From the IMG/VR virus record IMGVR_UViG_3300029541_000013, positions 1 to 38,826 of that record: 38,826 bases of DNA, one strand, 5' to 3'. Each line of letters opens with the position of its first letter. The stretch's first letter is position 1. Both the position numbers and the translations under genes were made by a program. The DNA comes from a virus. The notes beneath the pieces were generated by a model. It was not told the origin of the DNA and did no database searches. It was given only the letters and a program-made list of their open reading frames with translations. Positions 1-7,564 of this stretch are shown here, piece by piece.

Positions 1-99
1 ATCCCGAGAAGGAAAGCGAGGTAACCGATGGCTGATAAAGCAATTTCCGACCTCACCCAAGCAACACAGATCACAGGCGAAGACCTTTTTGTCTTGCAG
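1..99. repeat. Terminal overlap copy 1 (identical to 38728..38826)
   Basis: Compared base by base; 99/99 identical. Positions 1-35 are the 3' end of the gene annotated at 38556..38762. Confidence 0.95.
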
Positions 100-1359
100 C
101 AGAACGGCGAGGCAAAGAAGCTGCTTGGTATGACGCTGCTGGATTTTGTCACTCTAAGCGTGGTCAAAGTCACGGTGACGACGCTGCCCGCAGGCTCGGC
201 GGCAACAGCAACATACGACAAGACCACCGGTACGCTGGCGCTCGGTATCCCGCAGGGCGACAAGGGCGCAACCGGTGATACTGGCGCGACGGGGGCAACT
301 GGCCCACAGGGCGAACAAGGCGTGCAAGGCGAGACTGGTGCAACAGGCGCGACCGGTCCGCAAGGCCCCGCAGGCCCCGCAAACGTGCTGACCATCGGCT
401 CGGTCACGTCCGGCAAGGTAGCGAGCGCGACCATTACCGGAGAAGCCCCGAATCAGGTACTCAACCTTGTGCTCGAAAAAGGTGACAAGGGCGAGCCCGG
501 TGAAAAAGGTGCGACGGGCGCAACCGGCCAACAGGGTGAACAGGGCATCCAAGGCCCGCAGGGCAATCCCGGCGCGGATGCACCAACCATCACAGGCATC
601 ACTATCCGGCAGAGCGACTATCACCTTATCGTGACGCTGTCGGACGGTACAAGCTACGACGCGGGCTATTGCCGAGGTGCTTCTGGTGCTGGTACGGGCG
701 ATATGTTGGCAAGCGTGTATGACCCCAACAACAAGCACCAGGACATCTTTGCATACATTGACAATGCCATCAAGGACGTCAAGGTGACTACTGACGTAAC
801 GCCTACGCAAGGCAGCACCAACCCTGTGCAGTCTGGCGGCGTGTACTCGGCTCTCACCAATAAGCTGGATAAGACGGGCGACGGCAGCAACGTCACAGCG
901 GCATTTACGGAGGCAACCACCCGCGCAAATATCACGACGGGCGAAAAGCTCAGTGTGCTGTTTGGAAAAGTCACCAAGTGGTTTTCAGACCTCGGTAGTC
1001 TTGCTTTTAAGAGCACGGTCGCTAAATCCGACCTCGCAAAAGACGTGCAGACGTCCCTCGGCAAGGCTGACAGCGCATTGCAGAGCTATACGGAGAGCGA
1101 CCCGACCGTGCCCGAGTGGGCAAAGGCTCCGACTAAACCGAGTTACACGGCTGCTGAGATAGGCGCGCTCCCAGATACGACGGTCATCCCGACCATCCCC
1201 TCCACCACCTCGCTCCTCAAGGGCAATGGCTCGGGCGGGCTGGTTGCGGCGACGCGCGGCAGCGACTACATTGCGAGCGGCAACATCGTCAAGCAGACGC
1301 TTGTGAACGTTGAGACCACACCGACCGAGAACTACGCCATCAACTGGGTGTACGGCTAA
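28..1359 (+). CDS. Collagen-repeat tail fibre protein
   Basis: ATG with GAGG 6 nt upstream. Two Gly-X-Y runs (GDKGATGDTGATGATGPQGEQGVQGETGATGATGPQGPAGP and GDKGEPGEKGATGATGQQGEQGIQGPQGNPG) are followed by a non-collagen C-terminal domain. The gene follows the tail genes across the circular junction. Confidence 0.9.
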   Translation: MADKAISDLTQATQITGEDLFVLQQNGEAKKLLGMTLLDFVTLSVVKVTVTTLPAGSAATATYDKTTGTLALGIPQGDKGATGDTGATGATGPQGEQGVQGETGATGATGPQGPAGPANVLTIGSVTSGKVASATITGEAPNQVLNLVLEKGDKGEPGEKGATGATGQQGEQGIQGPQGNPGADAPTITGITIRQSDYHLIVTLSDGTSYDAGYCRGASGAGTGDMLASVYDPNNKHQDIFAYIDNAIKDVKVTTDVTPTQGSTNPVQSGGVYSALTNKLDKTGDGSNVTAAFTEATTRANITTGEKLSVLFGKVTKWFSDLGSLAFKSTVAKSDLAKDVQTSLGKADSALQSYTESDPTVPEWAKAPTKPSYTAAEIGALPDTTVIPTIPSTTSLLKGNGSGGLVAATRGSDYIASGNIVKQTLVNVETTPTENYAINWVYG

Positions 1360-1371
1360 GGAGGCGAGAGG

Positions 1372-2787
1372 ATGGCAAACTCGCTTTTAAGCACTAAAGT
1401 CGCGGGTAGCATTATCAAAATCAAGGAGAGTGGAAGTCCTGTTGAGTTTATCGTGTGTAAGCACGACTATGAAAGCGAACTAAATGGGAGTGGTCGCACA
1501 CTGGTGGTCCGCAAGGACTGCTATGACAAACGTCAGTGGCACAGCTCCAATGTCAACGTATACGCTACCAGCGACATTGATGGCTGGTTCAACAGCACCT
1601 ATAAAAACCTACTTGATGCAGAAATCCGTGGGGCCATCGGCACCACGAAATTCAAGTACACCCCCGGCAACGGCAACAACACCGTTAGCACACTGGAACG
1701 TGCTATTTTCTCGTTGTCCGTCACCGAACTTGGCAAAGCCCCAAGCTATGCGAATAAAGAGGGCACCGCACTCTCCATTGCAAGCTCTCTGCAAATTGCT
1801 TACTTGAATGGCTCCGCCGCTGCTCAGTGGACCCGCTCCCCGTTCAGGAATAGCAAAGACTTCGCCTGCCACTTGGTCTCCGATGGAAATGTCGACGCAA
1901 GCTATTGCGCCAGCTCCTACGGCTCCCGCCCCGCTTTCACTCTTCCCTCTAATGCCCTTGTGGACGACAGCGGCAACGTGGTCATCCTTGACCTTACCGC
2001 GCACAAGACCCTCATAAACGGCACGGCCTACACCATCAAGGGCGGCAAGTGCATGGTCAACGGCACGGTGTACAACATCCTCAAGGGCAGGACGCTCATC
2101 AACGGAACGGGGTATGACATTACGTTTAAGCCGAGCTACGACCCCGTATTTGCCAACAACACGTGGGAGCAAATTATCGAGGCATGCCACAATAACGCAG
2201 TGCCGAACACGTGGAAGGTAGCAGACCAGAAGTCCATGACCATCGGCGGCGAGGACTATCTAATCGACATCATCGGAAAAAATCATGATGATTATGCCGA
2301 TGGGTCGGGAAAAGCTCCGCTGACGTTCCAACTGCATGATTGTTATAAGATAGCAAAAGCAATGCACTCCACTGCTGCAAATACCATGGGTTGGACAAAA
2401 TGCTCTATGCGAATAGAGCACTTGCCCATTATTTTGAAGCAGATGCCTGCGGACGTACAGAGCGGCATCCGTGAGGTGAACAAGATTTCCGCGAGCGGCG
2501 GTAGGAGCACCTCGCTCGTAACTACGAAAGATAGTCTATTCTTACTGAGCGAGGGTGAAGTTTTTGGTAGTGCCATTAACTCCCACTCAGGTGAAGGCAC
2601 GCAGTACGACTACTACAAAGCTGGTAACAGCACGGTGAAGGACTTTAACGGCAATGCATACGACTGGTGGGAGCGTTCTCCAACTGCCAATAGCACCAGA
2701 TATTATTGTAATGTCAAAAGCACAGGTAGTGCCGTAAACAGTAGTGCAAATGTTGCCCGTGGTGTGGCCTTCGGCTTTTGTTTCTAA
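1372..2787 (+). CDS. Putative receptor-binding / fibre-tip protein with two W-x-R-S-P ... R-P-A-F type modules
   Basis: RBS AAGGAGG. Repeated module AQWTRSPF...GSRPAFTLPS and YDWWERSP...ARGVAFGFCF, which I recall from lectin-like DUF6273-type domains (unverified). Confidence 0.8.
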   Translation: MANSLLSTKVAGSIIKIKESGSPVEFIVCKHDYESELNGSGRTLVVRKDCYDKRQWHSSNVNVYATSDIDGWFNSTYKNLLDAEIRGAIGTTKFKYTPGNGNNTVSTLERAIFSLSVTELGKAPSYANKEGTALSIASSLQIAYLNGSAAAQWTRSPFRNSKDFACHLVSDGNVDASYCASSYGSRPAFTLPSNALVDDSGNVVILDLTAHKTLINGTAYTIKGGKCMVNGTVYNILKGRTLINGTGYDITFKPSYDPVFANNTWEQIIEACHNNAVPNTWKVADQKSMTIGGEDYLIDIIGKNHDDYADGSGKAPLTFQLHDCYKIAKAMHSTAANTMGWTKCSMRIEHLPIILKQMPADVQSGIREVNKISASGGRSTSLVTTKDSLFLLSEGEVFGSAINSHSGEGTQYDYYKAGNSTVKDFNGNAYDWWERSPTANSTRYYCNVKSTGSAVNSSANVARGVAFGFCF

Positions 2788-2799
2788 AGAAAGGACTGA

Positions 2800-3603
2800 T
2801 TGTTTATGACCTACATTAAAGTTAACAACACCGAATACCCCGCAGAGATCAACGGCAACCCCAAAGACCGCTCGTGGGGCGAGCGCGACACCAAGACCAT
2901 CACACTCACGATGACCGCCGCCGAGGTCGCGGCGCTGCTGCCCGACAACACGCCGTGGAGCATCGTGCAGCGCGAAACGGTGGACAAGCTCGACAACGAC
3001 GGCAATCCAACGGGCGAGACCGAGGAGGTCGTCAACGAGTGGGACAACAGCGCGTACAGCATCGCGGGTGACATCACTGACCACCGCGACGGCACGGTCA
3101 GTATCAAGATGGGCAAGCCAACGGAGACCGAGAATGCCAAAGCGACCGTCACCGCCCTTGCGGGTGAGCCGGTCACGTATGCCCGCGCGGTGGAGCTGCG
3201 CCCCATTATCGAGCAGGCAGCGGTCAGCCTGAGCGACGGCGAGGCGGCGCGCGTGCCGGAACTCATCACAGCATGGGCGTATCCCGTTGCTTACGCGGAG
3301 GGCGACCGCAGGAGCTACGGTGGCAAGGTGTACAAGTGCCGTCAGGCACATACCTCGCAGGCCGATTGGACGCCGGACAAGACGCCCGCGCTGTGGGCGG
3401 GCATCGACGCCGAGCACGCGGGCACGCAGGCAGACCCCATCCCCGCAGCGCGCGGCATGGAGTACGAGTATGGCAAGTACTACCTCGACAGCGAGGACGG
3501 CAAGGTGTACCTCTGTGAGCGCACGGGAGAGGCTGCGGGCGGAAAGATCGTCTTGCAGTATTTGCCGCATGAGCTGGTGGGGAATTATTTTAAGGCTGTG
3601 TAA
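2800..3603 (+). CDS. Tail-associated protein with CBM5/12-like carbohydrate-binding motif
   Basis: Motif GDRRSYGGKVYKCRQAHTSQADWTPDKTPALWAGI fits the chitin-binding type-3 pattern (Y..G..Y.....H.S...W.P.....LW). Start is ambiguous: TTG 2800 or ATG 2806. Confidence 0.75.
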   Translation: MFMTYIKVNNTEYPAEINGNPKDRSWGERDTKTITLTMTAAEVAALLPDNTPWSIVQRETVDKLDNDGNPTGETEEVVNEWDNSAYSIAGDITDHRDGTVSIKMGKPTETENAKATVTALAGEPVTYARAVELRPIIEQAAVSLSDGEAARVPELITAWAYPVAYAEGDRRSYGGKVYKCRQAHTSQADWTPDKTPALWAGIDAEHAGTQADPIPAARGMEYEYGKYYLDSEDGKVYLCERTGEAAGGKIVLQYLPHELVGNYFKAV

Positions 3604-3627
3604 TACGCCGCAGAAAGGGAGCGGGAT

Positions 3628-3930
3628 ATGGATAACGCAAAACACTACGATGACGCGGCGATCGCGCTGATTGAATCGAGGTGCAAGAGCAACACGCACC
3701 GAATCAACGAACTGACGGAACATCAGGTGGCGCTTGACCGGCTGGGAACCTCGGTCGAGGTACTGGCCACGAAGCAGGAGACCGTGGAGGGCGACGTCAA
3801 GGAGATCAAGGAGGATGTGAAAACCATCACGGGCAAGGCGGGCAAGCGGTGGGACGGGCTGGTCGACAAGGCCCTCGCCGTGCTTGCGGGGGCGTTCCTC
3901 GCGTGGCTGCTGTCGGGTGTAGCCTTATGA
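3628..3930 (+). CDS. xhlA: XhlA-type lysis-associated membrane protein
   Basis: RBS AAGGGAG. Coiled-coil N-terminal part plus a C-terminal TM helix (ALAVLAGAFLAWLLSGV), the typical XhlA architecture, at the head of the lysis cassette. Confidence 0.8.
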   Translation: MDNAKHYDDAAIALIESRCKSNTHRINELTEHQVALDRLGTSVEVLATKQETVEGDVKEIKEDVKTITGKAGKRWDGLVDKALAVLAGAFLAWLLSGVAL

Positions 3931-4121
3931 AGAAACTGAGAAAGCGGGATAAGTACGTCATCGCGGCAGTGCTCAACCTCTGCTGGTACTGCATTGCGGT
4001 GCTCGTATTGACCGCGCATGACAAGGTAGTGCCGGACAGCCTGACCGTCGCGTGGTTCGCGGCGTGGACGGCGGAACTCGGCCTGCTGGCGGGAATCAAA
4101 ATCAAGGGAAAGGACGAATGA
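3927..4121 (+). CDS. Small two-TM holin-like protein
   Basis: ATG 3927 overlaps the xhlA stop (ATGA). The 64-aa product MKKLRKRDKYVIAAVLNLCWYCIAVLVL...WFAAWTAELGLLAGI has two hydrophobic helices and a charged tail. Confidence 0.7.
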   Translation: MKKLRKRDKYVIAAVLNLCWYCIAVLVLTAHDKVVPDSLTVAWFAAWTAELGLLAGIKIKGKDE

Positions 4122-4122
4122 C

Positions 4123-4341
4123 ATGAACGAAAGAATCATCAAGAGAATCGCAAACCTGATGAGCGTCAAGAGCATCGTGACGCTGGTGCTGACGGGAGTA
4201 TTTGCGTACATGGCCGTCACGGGCAACATCTCGCAGGACTTTATGACGATCTATGCGGTCATCATCGCGTTCTACTTTGGCACGCAGAGTCAGAAGGTGC
4301 AGGACGCGGTGGGAGGTGACGACAATGTATCACAGCCGTGA
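4123..4341 (+). CDS. Holin
   Basis: 72 aa with two TM helices (SIVTLVLTGVFAYMAV, MTIYAVIIAFYFG) and a polar C-terminus. It lies immediately upstream of the endolysin and overlaps it. Confidence 0.8.
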   Translation: MNERIIKRIANLMSVKSIVTLVLTGVFAYMAVTGNISQDFMTIYAVIIAFYFGTQSQKVQDAVGGDDNVSQP

Positions 4342-4933
4342 CATTGCCGACCTGCGCGCCGACGTGCGAGCAAACTGCGTTATCTTCCTCGACCTCTGCA
4401 AGCAGGCGGGCTTGCCCGTTCTGGTAACGGAGACGGTGCGTGATGACGAGTACCAGCGCTATCTTGCGCGCATGGGCTACGCGGCAAAGACTGCGACGCG
4501 CCCGACGTTCCACGGCGTCAAGGCTGGGCTGGCGTTTGACATCTGCAAAAACGTCAAGGGGCATGAGTACGACGATCCGTCGTTCTTCGCTCGCTGCGGG
4601 CAGATCGGCAAGCAGGTCGGCTTTTCGTGGGGCGGCGACTGGAAGAAATTCCCCGACAAGCCGCACTTCCAGTGGGACGATCATATGCGATACACAGGGA
4701 GCATGATCTTGGCGGGCAAGTATCCGCCGGAAATGGAGGAGTACATGGATCAGGCAACGTTTAACAAGATGATGGACGCTTACCTTGCGCAGCTTGGCAC
4801 CAGGCCCGTCTCTTCGTGGGCGGCAAAAGACTGGGCGGCGGCAAAGGCGGCGGGCATCACGGACGGCAGCGCGCCGCAGAGACTTATCACGCGGCAGGAA
4901 GCCGTGGCGATGATCCAGAGAGCGGCAAAATAA
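4325..4933 (+). CDS. Endolysin, peptidase M15 (VanY-like D-Ala-D-Ala carboxypeptidase fold) with SLH-like C-terminal segment
   Basis: ATG 4325 lies inside the longer track ORF. Motifs VTETVRDDEYQ, H..G.A.D and GGDW...D.PHFQ fit the M15 family. The C-terminal WAAKDWAAAKAAGITDG...ITRQEAVAMI resembles an S-layer-homology repeat. Confidence 0.85.
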   Translation: MYHSRDIADLRADVRANCVIFLDLCKQAGLPVLVTETVRDDEYQRYLARMGYAAKTATRPTFHGVKAGLAFDICKNVKGHEYDDPSFFARCGQIGKQVGFSWGGDWKKFPDKPHFQWDDHMRYTGSMILAGKYPPEMEEYMDQATFNKMMDAYLAQLGTRPVSSWAAKDWAAAKAAGITDGSAPQRLITRQEAVAMIQRAAK

Positions 4934-5250
4934 TGGTGTCCGATTTGGGCACAGGAAGGAGCGGGCGGCGAAAGCCCACGCGCAAGCGCCTCTGCAAGCC
5001 CTACACGGGCATGGACAGTCAGCACAGGTCAATCCGCGCGCAATTATCCTCTATGGCCCCCAAGCGAGCCGTGGCGTATATCTTATCGTTTGAGCTGCCG
5101 CAGGATGAGGCGTACTGCCTTATTGAATGCGATGTGCGCGGGAAGAGCCGCGTCGAAGTCGCGGAGACACTGCACGTCTCACCGGAGTACGTGAAGACGC
5201 GACGACGCCGGGCATACAGCAAAATCGCGGACGGTATCAAAAACACATAA
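4933..5250 (+). CDS. Sigma-70 region-4-like HTH protein (phage transcription regulator)
   Basis: ATG 4933 overlaps the endolysin stop (TAATG); the alternative start is ATG 5011. The C-terminal half RVEVAETLHVSPEYVKTRRRRAYSKI looks like a sigma region-4 HTH. Confidence 0.6.
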   Translation: MVSDLGTGRSGRRKPTRKRLCKPYTGMDSQHRSIRAQLSSMAPKRAVAYILSFELPQDEAYCLIECDVRGKSRVEVAETLHVSPEYVKTRRRRAYSKIADGIKNT

Positions 5251-5251
5251 A

Positions 5252-5302
5252 GAAGAGACCCTACAAAGACCTTTTTCAGGCTCTTTGCGGGGCCTCTTTT
5301 TC
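5252..5302 (+). terminator. Rho-independent terminator
   Basis: Imperfect ~19-bp hairpin (GAAGAGACCCTACAAAGACC / GGCTCTTTGCGGGGCCTCTT) followed by TTTTT. Confidence 0.6.
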
Positions 5303-5335
5303 GTTATCATTGAGACAACAAAAGGAGGTGCGCGC

Positions 5336-5740
5336 ATGGACCAGTTTGCAATCGCCGGATACAGCGGCGGAAACTGCATGATGTGTGTTATCGACAACGG
5401 TGATATTTTCCAGACCGACTATTTCGGCAACCGCCAGCAGCTCATCGGCAAGACCTCTTCGGCATACGCCGAGCTGGAGGCCACCACGCAGCAGTATTAC
5501 GACAAGCTCGTCGAGCTCGGCGTCATTACTCCGCCCAAGACGCAGGAGGAGCTAATGGGCGAAATGCAGTCGGCTATGAGCGACATGGCCGCGGTCATCA
5601 AAAATCTGACCGATCAGGTAAAGGAGCTGAAAGTAAATGGATCTCAAGCAGATCATAGCGGCAGCGTCGAAAATGTTCCCCTCCGCAGACCTGCAAAGCG
5701 CGGCAACGAAAGCGGAACAGGCGATCAGCGGGACGGCTGA
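5336..5740 (+). CDS. Hypothetical protein (cargo cluster gene 1)
   Basis: ATG 5336 preceded by AAAGGAGG. The first ~100 aa look protein-like. The last ~34 codons overlap the next gene and look non-coding in composition. Confidence 0.6.
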   Translation: MDQFAIAGYSGGNCMMCVIDNGDIFQTDYFGNRQQLIGKTSSAYAELEATTQQYYDKLVELGVITPPKTQEELMGEMQSAMSDMAAVIKNLTDQVKELKVNGSQADHSGSVENVPLRRPAKRGNESGTGDQRDG

Positions 5741-5981
5741 CACGCTGGAGGGCGTGCAGAGCGCGGCGCGCAGGCTCGGCATTGATCCAGGCATTGCCGA
5801 CAGCCTCTATGCGCGCTACGGGCGCACAATGCAGGCGAAGGCACTGTGTGGGCTTCTCGGCACGACACCGGAAGCTTTGCGCTCTGACGCCAATAAAATA
5901 CTCGGCGGCGCGCAGAACGCCTCACAGGCCCCACAGAATGGCAAAACGGGGCGCTCAACCAAATTCCCCCGGCTGAAATAG
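5637..5981 (+). CDS. Hypothetical protein (cargo cluster gene 2)
   Basis: ATG 5637 preceded by AAGGAG. Helical, Ala-rich product. It is in the +1 frame relative to the upstream gene. Confidence 0.6.
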   Translation: MDLKQIIAAASKMFPSADLQSAATKAEQAISGTADTLEGVQSAARRLGIDPGIADSLYARYGRTMQAKALCGLLGTTPEALRSDANKILGGAQNASQAPQNGKTGRSTKFPRLK

Positions 5982-6017
5982 CCGTTGGAATAATTTTTGA
6001 GGAAAGGAGAATGCACC

Positions 6018-6560
6018 ATGAACAACGATCAGAGCACCGGCATGAGCTGGCTCGCGGTACTGTTTATCATCATCGTCATCGCGGCGCTGTTTGGCGGCTT
6101 CGGCAACGGCTTTGGCTTTGGCCGCGGCAATATGCCGTATCCCGTCAATGACACCGGCTGCAACCGCGTGAGCAACTGCGAGGTCGAAAAGCAGGGGATC
6201 ATCGACACATCCCGCACGCAGTATCTCATCGAGCAGCAGAGCAACGACACGCGCATGGCGATCAACGCCAGCACCGAGGCGATCACCAGTCAGGCCAGCC
6301 GCATCTACGAGCAGCGCTTGCAGGAGACCATCTTCGACCTCAAGATGGAGAACCAGAACCTCAAGAACGGCATCTTTACCAAGGAGCAGACGGACGCTTT
6401 GGCGGCGAAAATCTCCGACTGCTGCTGCGGCTTTAACCGCCGCCTGGATGCGATCGAAGGCCGCATGCTGACCAAGCCCGCACTGTACGGCGTGGCTTCG
6501 ACCGGCGCGGGCCAGATCATCCCTGCGTCTTGCGGCTGCAACGGCAACGTCAACCTTTAA
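6018..6560 (+). CDS. Membrane-anchored coiled-coil protein with Gly/Phe-rich N-terminus and Cys-rich C-terminus
   Basis: ATG 6018 lies 7 nt after GGAG. TM helix MSWLAVLFIIIVIAALFGGFGNGFGFG, then a heptad-like central region. Cys clusters DCCCG and SCGCNGN occur near the C-terminus. Confidence 0.7.
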   Translation: MNNDQSTGMSWLAVLFIIIVIAALFGGFGNGFGFGRGNMPYPVNDTGCNRVSNCEVEKQGIIDTSRTQYLIEQQSNDTRMAINASTEAITSQASRIYEQRLQETIFDLKMENQNLKNGIFTKEQTDALAAKISDCCCGFNRRLDAIEGRMLTKPALYGVASTGAGQIIPASCGCNGNVNL

Positions 6561-6610
6561 GACCATATTCCCCACTCGGGGAACATGGCAGGCCCCTATG
6601 GCCGGGTAAC

Positions 6611-6639
6611 AGGCGGGGCAATCGTCCCGCCTATTTTTT
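6611..6639 (+). terminator. Rho-independent terminator
   Basis: AGGCGGG (6611-6617) pairs with CCCGCCT (6626-6632), followed by ATTTTTT. Confidence 0.75.
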
Positions 6640-6656
6640 ATGGAAGGAGAATAAAA

Positions 6657-7058
6657 ATGTCTTGTAAATCCGCTCTTTATGCTGCCATGCAGACGCCGAC
6701 TGCGGTTGCCGTCGATGGCGTTATCCCCCTCGGCAGCCTGATCCGTCGCTACGGCTGCGATATTACGCTCAACGGCAATGCCGTCAACATCGTCGGCAAG
6801 GGCTACTACGACGTCGACGCGTCCATCACTGTCGCACCGACGGCAGCTGGCACGGTCACGGCGACGCTCTACAAGGACGGCGTTGCCGTTCCCGGCGCTA
6901 CCGCTTCCGCTGCGGGAGCTGCCGGTGCTCCTGTTGTGCTGGCATTCCCCGCGCTGGTGCGTCATGCGTGCTGCGCGTCCGGCGCTGCGCTGACGCTGGT
7001 GCTGACTGGCGCGGCATCGACCGTCAGCAATGTCGCCCTGCGCGTGCAGCGCATTTGA
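6657..7058 (+). CDS. BclA-C-terminal-domain-like (C1q/TNF-like jelly-roll) protein, no collagen stalk
   Basis: ATG 6657 after GGAAGGAG. The pattern GYYDVDASITVAPTAAGTVTATLYKDGVAVPGATAS...GAPVVLAF...LTLVLTG...SNVALRVQRI parallels the BclA globular domain as I recall it (GFYKITV...GGLTIQVNGVPVPGTGSS...GAPIVIQA...VEVIVTG...SASIIIEKV). Confidence 0.6.
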   Translation: MSCKSALYAAMQTPTAVAVDGVIPLGSLIRRYGCDITLNGNAVNIVGKGYYDVDASITVAPTAAGTVTATLYKDGVAVPGATASAAGAAGAPVVLAFPALVRHACCASGAALTLVLTGAASTVSNVALRVQRI

Positions 7059-7059
7059 T

Positions 7060-7269
7060 ATGCAACCGGACGAGCAAGGGCTTGAATTTCTTGATATCCT
7101 GACGGTCTTATCGTTTGTGCTGCAGCTGCAAAACCAGTCAAAAATATTTGGGTTGCAAGAAGTGCAGAACGACAATAACCGCGTGGCGCAAGAGATACAC
7201 AAGCACCTTGAATCGCAGGACGAAAAAATAGACCGAATATTGGAGGTGTTAGCCCATGAAACTAATTGA
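7060..7269 (+). CDS. Hypothetical small helical protein
   Basis: ATG 7060 lies 1 nt after the upstream TGA. The 69-aa product is MQPDEQGLEFLDILTVLSFVLQLQNQ... Confidence 0.55.
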   Translation: MQPDEQGLEFLDILTVLSFVLQLQNQSKIFGLQEVQNDNNRVAQEIHKHLESQDEKIDRILEVLAHETN

Positions 7270-7564
7270 AAAACTATCCGAGATGATCGAAGAAGAGATC
7301 GAAGATGCTGAGAAGTACGCCAAGTGCGCGCTAAAGTACAAGGATACCGACAGCGCCCTTGCAAAGACATTTTACGACCTGTCGACCGACGAAATGCGGC
7401 ACATGAATCTGCTGCATGATGAAGTCGCGCGCATCATCACCCAGTACCGCAAGGAAAACGGCGAGCCACCTACCGCGATGCTGGCCGTATATGACTATCT
7501 GCATGGAAAGCAGATCGAAAAAGCGAAAGAGGTCAAAGACTATCAGGCGATGTATCGCGGGTGA
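7256..7564 (+). CDS. Ferritin-like / rubrerythrin-like helical protein (half-size)
   Basis: RBS GGAGGTG. EEEIEDAEKY...A followed by DEMRHMNLLHDE resembles an E...ExxH di-iron type helix pair. At 102 aa it is about half the length of a four-helix ferritin-like domain. Confidence 0.6.
   Translation: MKLIEKLSEMIEEEIEDAEKYAKCALKYKDTDSALAKTFYDLSTDEMRHMNLLHDEVARIITQYRKENGEPPTAMLAVYDYLHGKQIEKAKEVKDYQAMYRG

Noticed and set aside
28-2787. Diversity-generating retroelement acting on the fibre genes
   Set aside because: There is no reverse transcriptase ORF anywhere in the window. I found no template/variable repeat pair matching the fibre C-termini.
5955-7370. 471-aa ORF on the minus strand
   Set aside because: It is antisense to five well-signalled + strand genes and has no SD. 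The product is Arg/Cys/Ala/Ser-rich with no motif, which is typical of a spurious open frame in GC-rich DNA.
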